Part shown: in pieces, positions 1 to 10,908 of the stretch
How positions within the stretch are numbered: the first letter of the stretch is position 1
Layout: each line of letters begins with the position of its first letter
NCBI GenBank assembly: GCA_016748015.1
Contig: JAAOMT010000512.1
Span: forward strand, 1,746,893 to 1,810,892
Length of the DNA: 64,000 nt
DNA from: Geosiphon pyriformis uo1
Lineage: Eukaryota > Fungi > Glomeromycota
Reading direction: 5' to 3'
Program-made: the position numbers and the translations under genes
The notes under the pieces: model-generated
The model's input: only the letters and a program-made list of their open reading frames with translations
Databases searched by the model: none
Told to the model about the DNA's origin: nothing

Positions 1-185
1 AAGAATGTCTTTTTTAAATAAGTTTTTTTAAGATATTAATATAGTATAGTCTGAACTAATTTAAGTAGTTGGTTATATGTAAAAAGCACATAAACTATAT
101 TTAGCACTAGAATACTTAATTTGTTTCTAATTTCTAAATAATAGTTAGATCATACTCATTAAATATATAATAAATAAAAATAAAA
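1..185 (+). mobile_element. AT-eroded 3' end (ORF end, 3' UTR, A-tail) of an ORF1-only non-LTR element
   Basis: Colinear with 13235-13417, e.g. ctaatttaagtagttggttatatgtaaaaagcacataaactatatttag vs ctggcttgagtagctggttacatgtagtaagtacataaaccatatttag; ends in an A-rich tail. Confidence 0.75.
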
Positions 186-842
186 AATATCTTTTATTAA
201 TTTTAATTAACAAAAAACAGATTAAATTTACAGTTTTACAAACTAGTAATATTATTATTTTTAATATTAAAATAATTTTTAATTTTAATTTAAAATATAT
301 TAAAATAATTTTTTTAATTAAGTTAATCATTTAATAATTATTAATTTAATATCTATTTTAAATTTTTGTTTTTAATATCTAATTTATACATATTTTAAAT
401 AATTTAAATAATTTAATTATTAAATACAATAATAATTTTATGTATATTAATATTTATTTTTAAACCAATATTTTTAAAAAAAACAATAATACTATATTTT
501 ATAGTTAATATATTTAAATTTATTATTAAATTATTAGTAAATACTTTAATATTTAAATTAATAAAACTGTTTAAATATATATTAATTTTAAAAAACTTTT
601 CAATATAATAAATATTATGGCTAATTAATTCAAAAATTTAATTTAAATTACAAAAATTCTTTATTTTTCAAAAAAAAAACCAAAAAAAAATTTAATTATT
701 ATAATATTAAAAAAAATAATTTTTACTAATTAACTAATTTGCAAAAACAATTTTATATTTTTTAATTAAAGCAAAAAAAATTATAATACAGATTATTTAA
801 AATATTTAATACAAAAACAAAACTCTTTGTCTTCTTAATTTT

Positions 843-1566
843 ATGACTATAACCAGAGCAAAGAGTAAAAAAGCTGCATCTAATATCTGTTCTGAGATAT
901 CTAATAAAATTTCAACCAGAGGAGCTTTTTTTGTTGTAGAAGCAACTAAGCAGAATGTTTTAAAAGCCTTTTTTTTACTCAGTAATCGTAAAAAGCTGTT
1001 TTTGGTAGCTATTGAAGCAACTTTCTCATCTTTGGCTGGTTTTTTACCAGTTAAAGTTCCTTTAAAGAGACACACTTGGGTTAATCTCAGTGTTGTCTCT
1101 ACTTTTACTAAGAATCCAAAAGTGTTTAATAATAAACCAGTTAACAAACTGGTATTCCCTTTCATAGCTTCAATATCTGGTGCTTCTAATATCTCTTCAT
1201 CAAAAAAAATGGTCAAAAAGACCAAAAGTTCAAAAAAGTGGAGACAATTGCTTGCTTCTACTATTGTTATACCGAACCCCTTTGTGGTTCCCAATGAGAT
1301 TTTAGATGAAATCTCCATAGCATCATCCAGCACATTATTCAAGATGGGCCAAGATCAATCACTGGCTGTGTTGCCAAATGTGGTGTCTTCCAGTAGATCT
1401 TTGTCAGTTCTGGAAGCAAAACAATCTCCTCCTGTTGGGTCATCTGTTTTTGAAAACTGGGCTGATTAAATGGAAACTGAATCATCTCCTCTTCCAGTTT
1501 CTGGTATTATTTCTGATGATGCCTAGGAAACTATTTCTAGTTGTCAAAGATTTGCTGAGTGGGTGG
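843..1566 (+). pseudogene. LINE ORF1-like protein, N-terminal part
   Basis: ORF 843..1469 continues in frame through stops up to the LTR junction. Confidence 0.65.
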
Positions 1567-2475
1567 TGTTATAGATAATTCTTTGGAATGTCGAGTGAAT
1601 AACAAACCCGTAACTTAGTGTGCAAAGCAATTGATGATGATGATAATCTGAAGGTCTTTTATCTGAAAGTTTTCCAATTGAGTTCTTTGTATAATGGACA
1701 GAGATTCAATGGTAACAGTTTATCAGTAGTTTCTTGAAACCATAGTTTTGTCAATTGCTTGCTCAGCTTGATGGTTGATAATTCTTCTGGTATAATATCC
1801 TCTGTAAGTGTATACCAATGCTGTTTTCTGACATCAGTTCTTCCATAAGTCCTCTAAGAGTAAGTATTGTTTAAGCAAGTTTATTCTTTCATAAGTCCTC
1901 CAAGAGTAAGTATTGTTTAAGCAAGTTTATTCCTCCATAAGTCCTCCAAGAGTAAGTATTTTTTAAGTAAGTTTTATTCCTCCATAAGTTCTCCAAGAGT
2001 AAATCTTTTAATCAAGTTAGTAGACAACAAAAAAAATAAAGAAAGATAAAAGAGAAAATAAGAAATAAGCCAAGGCAATTTGCAAGTTAGTATTTTGTCA
2101 ATAGTCATGATCAAGAGCTATTGTTCCAGTATAGTTAAGTATCAGTTACTATCAACATGAAGTGTTGATAGTAAAGAATGAATTTGATATAGGGAATAAT
2201 TATTTATTTAAGGATTGTGATAACTAAGCTAAGAATTCTTCAGGTTGATTCTGTCTTTTCTGCTTCTAATGCTACTGCTATATATATATATTTGAGATTT
2301 CTCAATTTCTCAATTCCTTGTGACAGAAATTCTGGAATTCTGGAATCCTGTAATTCCTGGAATTCTGCAATTTTTCTGAGAGAAATCTTGGAATTCCATA
2401 TTTACTATGTCTACATCTGATTGGCTAATATCTATTGACTAATAATACTATATTTTCTATATTCTAGGAGTAACA
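1567..2475 (-). repeat. 3' LTR of Gypsy 1 (909 bp)
   Basis: Direct repeat of 10909-11881; TG...CA termini; TATA-like run at ~2279-2290. Confidence 0.95.
1843..2003. repeat. 46-bp tandem repeat (~3.4 copies) inside the LTR; second set at 11184-11344
   Basis: Unit ccataagtcctccaagagtaagtattgtttaagcaagtttattcct recurs at 46, 46 and 47 nt spacing. Confidence 0.9.
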
Positions 2476-2490
2476 TTATTCTCTCCTTTT
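2476..2490 (-). promoter_or_regulatory. Polypurine tract of Gypsy 1
   Basis: Minus strand AAAAGGAGAGAATAA directly before the 3' LTR; same sequence in Gypsy 2 (20722-20736). Confidence 0.85.
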
Positions 2491-3148
2491 AATATTGAGC
2501 TCCATTAAAATCCAATTCCTTTAATTCCCCTTCTTGAATTATTTCTTGAACTTTTTTTTTGAGTATTACTTGTGTTATTTTAGTTTGTAGTTTTTTAAAT
2601 TGGGAATTGGTTATTTTTCCCAATTGATTACTCGTAACTGTATCTATTGCTGTGTTAAGTAAGATTTCTGGTTGGTCTTAAAATTTCATATATAGCCAGT
2701 AAATGGCTCGAACTTGTGTGATTAGATTGTTCTTTCTCACAAATTGTTCCAGTTGTCTCAGTATTGTTGTGTCAAATAACTGTTTTGTTTTGTCCGTGTA
2801 TAAATTCTGGATATTTATATGTTGTCCCAAGTGGAAATGACAATAGTTTTTCGGAAATTGTTGCATCCACCAAGTCCAAGTTTCTCTGGTAAGTTCTTGG
2901 TGTAATCTGACTATTTGTTGTTCTTTTATGGCCAATTTTATCTTGGTCATGATCTTGTCAACAACATTTTCAAGTCTTTTTTGTGCTTTGTTTTGTGGTA
3001 TCTTTGCCGTATTTTTGTAATGAATGGTTTGTTGATTGATTGTAATTTCCATTTCCTGGTGTTAGATTAATTGAAAAATTTGTTGGGCTAGTGAATAGAT
3101 ATTGTCTGTAATTTCTATTTTTCTGATCTCTTCTGTCACGTCGACCAT
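2489..3148 (-). pseudogene. Extra ORF3 of Gypsy 1 (219 aa, unknown function, two internal stops)
   Basis: MVDVTEEIRK...ETWTWWMQQFPKNYCHFHLGQH...DFNGAQY*; same length and homologous to 20735-21394. Confidence 0.75.
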
Positions 3149-3171
3149 GTTCTTATATATTTTTTTGTCAA

Positions 3172-4543
3172 TCAATTGGACATGTTGTTGTCAATAATAA
3201 TAATTGGTTCCAGATCTCGTGAAATCTTATCTGGTTGGACTAGTATTCTCTGTACTCCTAATTGTGAAATATTACTGGTAGATGATGATACTATATGGTG
3301 GTATGGTTTCAGTTGATTTCTATGTGCTGCTTTGGTCAAGATTTTGTTATTCAATCTTAATTTGTAAGCTTTATTTTCTAGAATTTCTTCTATGTGAAAT
3401 GGTCTGTCCCATTTGGGGTCAAATTTTCCACTCTATTGTTTTTCCATTTTGGTATAATATAGTAGTACTTTGTCTCCAATCTTGAATTCAACTGGTTTAT
3501 CTGGTAGTTGGTTATCATGTCTTTCTTTTTGTTTTTTTTGTGACTTTTATATGTTATCAGCTGCTCTTTGTTATTTGTTTTTTAATGTTTCCATTAAGTC
3601 ATATGTTTTTCTCAACAATGTGTTTTTGAAATTCTCTTCTGTTATTGGTTTGGTTGAGTATGTGCTGACTTCTATTTCTACTGGTAGTGTTGCTGTTCTA
3701 CTATATACTAATTCAAATAGTGTTGCTTGTGTAGTATCTTGTTTCATTGTCCAATAAGCAAATAGTACTGATGGTATCAACAAATTCCAATTGTTTTGGT
3801 TTTCTTGGCTGAGCTTAGCTATTGCTTCACACAATGTTCTGTTGAATTTTTCAACTAATTCATTGGTTTGTGGATGGTATAGTGATAATAGTGGTCTCTT
3901 AATTCCGAATCTTTGGCTCAATTCTGTTAATGTTTTGTTCACAAAATGAGTTCCTTGGTCTGATAATAATTCCTTTAGACATTCGTGAATCTTGATGAAC
4001 AAATTTGGCAATGGATTCTGCATCCACTCTTTGAATTGCTTTTGTCTCTGGCCATTTAGTGAGATAGTCCATGGCTACTGCTATGTACCTGTTTCCTCTG
4101 CTGGTGATTGTTAATGGTCTGACTAAATCAATTTCAATACGGTCAAATGGTTGTCCCACTTTGATTGGTCTTAATGGTTTACTGAATTTTGTATCTCTTC
4201 TTCACTGACAAGCATCACAATTTTGAACATATTGGATGATATCTGAATACATTGATGGCCAATAGTATCTTTTTCTGGTTTTTTTCATGGTTGCTTTTTT
4301 GTAAAAATGTTCTGCTGTTGAATTTAAGTACATGTTGAATAATATTGTCTCTTTTTCTGGCTCTGTAATTACTCTGGTTGGTTGCTTTAGATCTCTTCTA
4401 TTTTTCCGATAAAGTATATTTTGGTAAGTAATAAAATATTTTGATTGTTGTTTGATACTCTTTTGTTCTGTTTGAGATAAATTTTCCTTGAACTGTTGAG
4501 TGTTTATATAATGTTGCAGTTGTTGATATTTTTGTATGTTCAT
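3172..4543 (-). pseudogene. Integrase of Gypsy 1 (HHCC, DDE core, GPF-type C-terminus, no chromodomain)
   Basis: H..RKRYYWPSMYSDIIQYVQNCDAC; IDLV.PL; LSDQGTHF; YHPQTNELVEKFNRTL; stops and a small deletion. Confidence 0.9.
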
Positions 4544-4604
4544 TTTTTGTTATATTTTCATTGGTATTGTTCTGGTTTTGTTATATTTTTGGGTTGAAAT
4601 GTTC

Positions 4605-7600
4605 TTAAATTTGTCTCATTTATGACAAACCATCAGCATTTTCATTGTTTTTTTCCTTTTTATAATGTATAGTATAATTATATGATGTGAGTGCCATTTT
4701 CTATCTTGACTGTCTTCCATCTCCAAATTCTTGTTTTTGAAGTGATGTTAATTCTTTGTGATCTGTGTATACTTTAAACTTCTGGTTCAAGTATTTTTTC
4801 CATTTCATGACTGCCCAGTATATTGCTAAGTGTTCTTGTTCTGGTGTTCCATAGTTCTTTTCAGCTGGTATTAAACCTCTGCTGGCATATGCTACTGAAT
4901 GTTCTCTGCCATCTGGTCCTTTCTGAGATAGTACCACTCCCAATGCTTGGCCAGATGCATTAGTGGTAATGATGAATGATTTGCTGTAATCTAGATAGAT
5001 CAGTACTGGAGCTTAAATGAGCTTTCTTTTCAGTATATCAAAAGCTTTTTGTTGACTTTCTGTCCATTCATATTTTGTATTCTTAGTTTGCAGTTGGTTG
5101 AGTGGCTGCGCTATCTTGGAAAAGTTTTTGATGAAACGTTGATAGTAACTGGTGAATCCCAAGAATGATTTCAGTTCTGTCATATTAGCCAGCACTGAAA
5201 AGTTCTTTACTATCTCTATTTTCTCTGAATCCATTTTGATGCTGTCTTTGCTAACTATGTGTCCCAAGAATTTTAGTTCTGTCTTGCCAAAAAAACACTT
5301 TGTTGTATTTAACTTTAGTCCTGCTCTTTTTAGTCTTTCGAATACTTGTTGAAGATAATAAAAATGATCATCAAATGTTTTTGAGAATACATTGGTGTTG
5401 TCCAAGTATACAACTACTGATTTCCACAATAAGCCAATATAAACAATTTTCATTAGCTGTTGAAAAGTGGCTGGTGCATTGGTTAAGCCAAATGGCATTA
5501 CTTCAAATTCAAAATTCTCTTCTCTGGTAGTAAATGCTGTTTTTTCTTTGTCAGTTGAATCCATGACTACTTGCCAGTAACCACTGTCCAGGTCTAATGT
5601 TGAAAACCATTTGTTTCCACCAAAAGTGTCGAATAATTTTTGGATCTGTGGAGTGGGGTAGCTATCTTTATGAGTTACTTCATTGAGTTTTCTATAATTC
5701 ACACAAAAGCAGATTTTCCCATTCTTTTTCTGGATGAGTACCACTGGTGATGACCATGGGCTCATTGATGGCTGAATTAATCTATTATCAAGCATTCAGT
5801 TTATCTCTTAATAGATAATCTCATGGCTAACTAGTGGTACTCTGTATGCTCTTTGTTTAATTGACATTGCATCTCCAGTCTTAATCTGATGCTAGATAAT
5901 GTCAGTTCGGCCAAACTTGTTTTCGCTGGCAAAGATGTCATTAAAATTGTTGAGCAACATCTTAAGCTGCATACGTTGGAGTGGATCTAAGTTTCTCATG
6001 TTCATTTGTTCCAATTGTTCTAGTTAGAGCAAATAACATTTGCTTTGTCCATATATCATTTGTGATGTAATATCGACATATCCACAAAGTTGTGGAAAGT
6101 TCAGAATAGTGCTTGGTGGTTGATCCTCTATTTCAGTGCTTAAGTATTCAATGATAGTTCTTTCCAGTATATTGACAACATTTCTGGTGTTGTTGTAGAT
6201 GGGAATTTTGATGTGACTGTAGTTTTTGGCTGGTATATGGAGATTGATAAGTTTAATCTCTCTTGATTCACAAAGGGTTGGTTTTGCTTCAAAAATCTGA
6301 TTCTGTTCTTTTACTTTCTGCTTTATCCCTATCATGTACTGGCCATATGGTAGAATGGAAATTGTTTGACCCATTGAGATAATTTCTCCTTGGTCAACAA
6401 TTTCTTCTTCTGCCATATTGACTGATACATCTACTTTACTTGTCGATCTGAATCTCTGTATTCCTCTCACTGTTATTCCTAATTCCTCCTTCTTTCCCAC
6501 TAATACTAACTAAGCTATTTTAACCAGTGACAGGAATATTGCCTGTGCTATCTTTTTGTTGGGCTCTATTATATAGGTCTTTTCTGAGTTATTTTGTAGC
6601 ATAGTGATGATATTTCTTACATATCCTGCATCAATTATTCCTTCTCTTATATTAATCTCTTTTTTCACTAAACTATTCCTAGATGCTAATTGAACCATTG
6701 TTGTTGCCAGAATTTCCAGTGCTATTTTCAAATCAAGACAGATGCATAAATATGGTTCCAATTTGATGACATCTTTTTCTGGATACCTTAGATCAAACCC
6801 AGCATCATTATCGTGTGCACATTCTGACATGATACTTTCATTATTGTTACTATACCATTTCAACTCCTGTTTTTTGGAGAGATCTGACAGTACAATGTAT
6901 TGTTCATATTTTGGGTCGAAGTTTGAATCTGAGTTGGAATTATCATTGTTGTTATTGCCAATTTGAACGGAGCTGGAACTGGTGTTCTTGTCGTCATTGT
7001 TGTTGAAGTTTAAATCAGGATTGAACAGTGATTCTGATTCCGATGTACAGCTACTGATTGGTTCCTCTTCCTCTGGGATTGTGTAGATCATGTGGATCAG
7101 TGGATTGTAAATAAGATCACACTCATTATAATACTGAAAGTCATATGAGATTAAGCAATGTTGACATAATCAAGTGTTTAACTGCTCTAAACGTTGCTCT
7201 TGTTCTTCTTTAGTAGGTGCCAAATGCTGGTAATGTTTATGAAATTCTTTGGGGTTGTCCTCAATGTTGCCAAAGACATTAAAAGTTTGAACATATTCAG
7301 GTTCAGGAAGCAATAGAGGATTATTTTTTATCTCTAATAGTTTGCTGGTTGTCGTGTCTTCTGCTTTTGCATACACTATTCTCCATAGTTTATCTTTGTC
7401 GTGGGAATATCTTTCCAATTGTCACAATGTTTGTTTTTAGACGTTGTCAATTGGTGTTTCTTTGCTTATCCAATCATTTATTAGTATGATGTACTGACAT
7501 GTCTCATTACACATTCCTCCATACCCAGGAATATCATTCCATATTCTTTCATCTGGTAGAATGGTTCCACATGCAAGACATGGTTGGTTATCCCACTTTT

Positions 7601-10600
7601 CTTGTTGTTTTGGTCATTCAAAGTGCTCTATGACACATGGGCGGCAGTAAAATCTTGTGGCTGTGGAGTATTCCTCGTCGTCGCCATAGCATGTGCCCAT
7701 TGATAACAATTTCTTGTTGCAATTGATGCATTCCAATTTTGGTCAACAATAATTGGTTGGTGGTGATAAAGTGTACGCATCTGAACTATATATGCTGTTG
7801 GTGAGAGTGGTTCTTTCTTCTTTCTTCTTTCTCTTTCCTTATCAGTTTCTTTCCACTCCCAATTGGCTGGTTTGTCTTGGTTATTATCAGTTTCCCAGTT
7901 TTGGTCAGTTTTCCAGGTAAGTTCTTTGTTTTCCTTTCCTTTTCCTTTATTGTCCCAAAAAAGTATTGGTGGTAGCTCATTGTGGCCTTCGTCAGTCCAT
8001 AAGACTTGGTAGGCTTCTCAGGTCAGTTTCTTTGTTTTTTCCTCAAACTCGATAAGCAGTTGGGCATTGCTTGGCTTAAAGTGGCCACAAGTGGCTGGCG
8101 TTTGAGTATACGGACCACCAAAGGTTAATTGTAGTTCTTGGGTGGTCCAATCAAGGGTAGTGTGGGTTTTCGACAACCAATTGTTGCCCACCAGAGCCTG
8201 GTATTGTGTGGCTTCTATTACAAGGACTTTGATGGATACCATGATACCATTAATTTCAATAAGTAGGTTGTCTATTTCGTCTATTGGAGTTTTGGTCGCT
8301 CCATTAGCTGTGATAATCTTTGCACTGGCAGCTTGGTCAACTTGGCGACCTAATTGATCCATGAGTTGTCTTGTTATGATGCTGCCAGCTGATCCACTAT
8401 CCAAGATCAGTTTGATGGCGTGGTCATTGATTTTGGCATCCGTATACATGGCAGTGATTGGCTTCTCTTCCAGAGCTGTTCCACTAAATAATGGAATTTT
8501 GATCATTTCTTCCAAGTTGAAGAGAAAGATGGCCATGAGCAATTCGTTATTGGTGACAGTTGTTAGTAGAATGTTGTTGGTAAGTGCTTGTTGTTGGCTG
8601 GGTCCCAAATTGTTGGTAGTAGCATTTTCTGGGGTAACCAAGAGACTTAAATAGTTCTGGAAATTTGGGTTTTGGGTGGCACTGGTACCTGAATTCCAAG
8701 AATGCAATCTTGATAGTGAGTTAGAAGAACTGGAGATTGGTTGGTAGACAACCATTGCCAATCTCTAGTTTTGTGTGCTTCTAGGTCTGGGATGGCCTGA
8801 TGTCATATTAACTGAATTTTGGGGCAGTGTCTGAATTGATTGAAGTTGATAGATTACTTGTGGCTGTGGTTAATATATTACAGGTGGCTGTAGTTGATAT
8901 ATTGCTGGTAGCTGCAGTTGATAAACTGGAGTCTGATATACTGGTGCTTGATAAATTGGCTGTTGCGTCATTGGCAAGTAAGTGTTTTGATATTGTTCCT
9001 GATTTTGTTGATATCTCGGAGTTTGAAATTGGCAATCAGGGTTTTTGTATTGATTTCCTGATTGCTGATGGTTATAAGTGTTGCAGTTTGCTCTGATGTG
9101 CTCTTGTTTACCACAGTTGTGGCAGACACATGTCTCTGGCTGCCACTGCTAATTGGTTGATATTGAGAGATATGCTTGATTTTGGAAATAATTGTAGTTT
9201 CTTGAATTGCTGTGTCATTGAAGTGGTTAATAAATTGCACGATTGTCAGCTAAGTATCCTTCTAATTTCTGATTAATTGAATCACTGAATTGTTTCAATT
9301 TGGAGTCCAATTCAGATGATCTGTTTATTACTAGATTAACAGCTTGGGCGTGATTGGCTTCAGACTTAGCTGATTCGAAATCTCTGACATGTGTGACTGC
9401 ATCTTAAAGGGTGTCTGGATGTAATAGGCATACATGTTACAAGATGCTGCTGTGCAGACCACGGATAAACTGGTTGAGGATTTGTGGCGCTGTGAAATAG
9501 TTGGCATTAATTGCCTGGATCTGGTGCAGATTTCTATAGAAGCATCTCAGATAAGTGGTAACTGCTTCAGTTTCTCCTTGTTTCATGGTGGTAAATGTAT
9601 TGACTAGGTGGTTGATACTGTTATTGTTGTTGAAGTATTTTAAAAATTCCACTTTGAAGGCATTGAAGTCTTGTGGTTTATTGATCAAGCTCTGATATCA
9701 TGAATTGGCGGTATCTTTGAAAAAGTAGGGAATGGCTTGTATTGCTCAGGCGTCATTTTATCCATTGGCTGCAATGGCTTTTTCCACATCATTTAGCCAT
9801 ACTTGAGCATTGTCCTCTTTGCTGGTGAAATTATCCAGTTTTACAATTGGTGCATAGACTATTGGATCTAAGTTGGGTGGTTGTGGTGGCTGTTAAAGCA
9901 GTTGTTGATTTTGTTGAAATGGTAGTTGAAGTGACTGCTGTATGGATTCGGCTATTGGATTAATTGGTGGTTGATCGATAACAATTACTGGAGGTAAGTT
10001 TGGTTGATTAATTGGATCAGGGTTTCGATTATCCTGAGTTGGCGGTGTTTGAATATTTGGAGTTTCAACTTCTGAATTTACTGAATTTAAATTTTGCTGG
10101 TTTTGAAGATTTGGGATTTCAAATTCTGGGTCTTCAGTGATTGGGTTTTGGTAAGTGAATTTTTGATCCTCAGTTTTTTTTTCTTCCTCTTCTTCTGATT
10201 CCATTATCTCTCACAGATCAGAGATTCCAAAATCTGGTAAAGGTGGTGGTGATCAAATTCCTGATGGTGTTGGTAATCATGATTTAAATCTCTCAAAATA
10301 TTTACCATATGGTCCTAATAACTCCACTTTCTTTTGTTTACTTTGGAATAAAAATTGTCCAAATGTTGATGTTGCATTTGGTGTAAATGTACCTGCTGAT
10401 GTAATATTGATAGTACTTCCAGATGTGTGATAATATGATGAATATGGTGGAGATTCAATTCTTTGTTTTTTCCAAATTGGTAGTTGTATCCCTTTAGGCA
10501 TTACTGCTGGTATTTGTAACCTTCCTTTATCTTTGTCTGTGTAAGTAATAGGAAATTGTTGTTGCACGTATCTTTCAATGGTTTGATTAATTTCCCTAAT

Positions 10601-10849
10601 GATTGGGATGAAACTGTGATTTCTTGGTAAGCTGGTGTGTTGAAATAATTCTGTATAGAAATTTTCTCTTGCTGACTCGATATTAATGGTTTCTCCTAAA
10701 TAGTCTGTGATTTTATCATTAACATAATAGTTGAAGGCTGATTTGGCTGGATAATGGTTGTTGTTTAGTCCTAACTGTTGGCTGTATTTTTGGAACAAGA
10801 ATTTGGTGAATCCTAAGTGGTTGGCTCCTATAATTTCTGATTCTGCCAC
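4605..10849 (-). pseudogene. Gag-protease-Cys-rich domain-dUTPase-RT-RNaseH polyprotein of Gypsy 1
   Basis: Retrotransposon Gag (FNAFKVEFLKYF..ETEAVTTY), CHNCGKQEHIRANC knuckle ~9085-9125, LILDSGSAGS protease, AHDNDAGFDL/GIIDAGY/KIAQAIF dUTPase, SPWSSPVV, MPFGLTNAPATF, YLDN (from YLDD), RNase H AYASR/VYTDH. Confidence 0.93.
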
Positions 10850-10890
10850 TGTTGATTAGTTGTTGGTGCTGGTTTTTTGTAGAATTATAT

Positions 10891-10906
10891 TTCACAGAGA
10901 GCTCCA
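10891..10906 (-). promoter_or_regulatory. Primer-binding site of Gypsy 1
   Basis: Minus strand TGGAGCTCTCTGTGAA, 2 nt after the 5' LTR. Confidence 0.75.
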
Positions 10907-10908
10907 AA

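Noticed and set aside
145-330. Short I/K/L/F-rich ORFs in AT deserts (also 39264..39458, 54428..54637, 54959..55231, 55629..55814)
   Set aside because: Compositional artefacts of eroded DNA
806-1342. Antisense and off-frame ORFs over TE or host coding regions (also 8808..9035, 27082..27435, 47065..47394, 50560..50742, 60424..60765)
   Set aside because: Shadows of the real frames with no independent motifs
1843-2003. 46-bp repeats as a CRISPR array
   Set aside because: Units are contiguous with no unique spacers, inside a eukaryotic LTR, no cas genes
2489-3148. ORF3 as a retroviral envelope
   Set aside because: Too short; no evident signal peptide, furin site or transmembrane anchor
7418-8018. 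Programmed frameshift within Gag-Pol
   Set aside because: Frame changes fall at different places in elements 1 and 2, and element 3 is in one frame from Gag to dUTPase, which indicates decay
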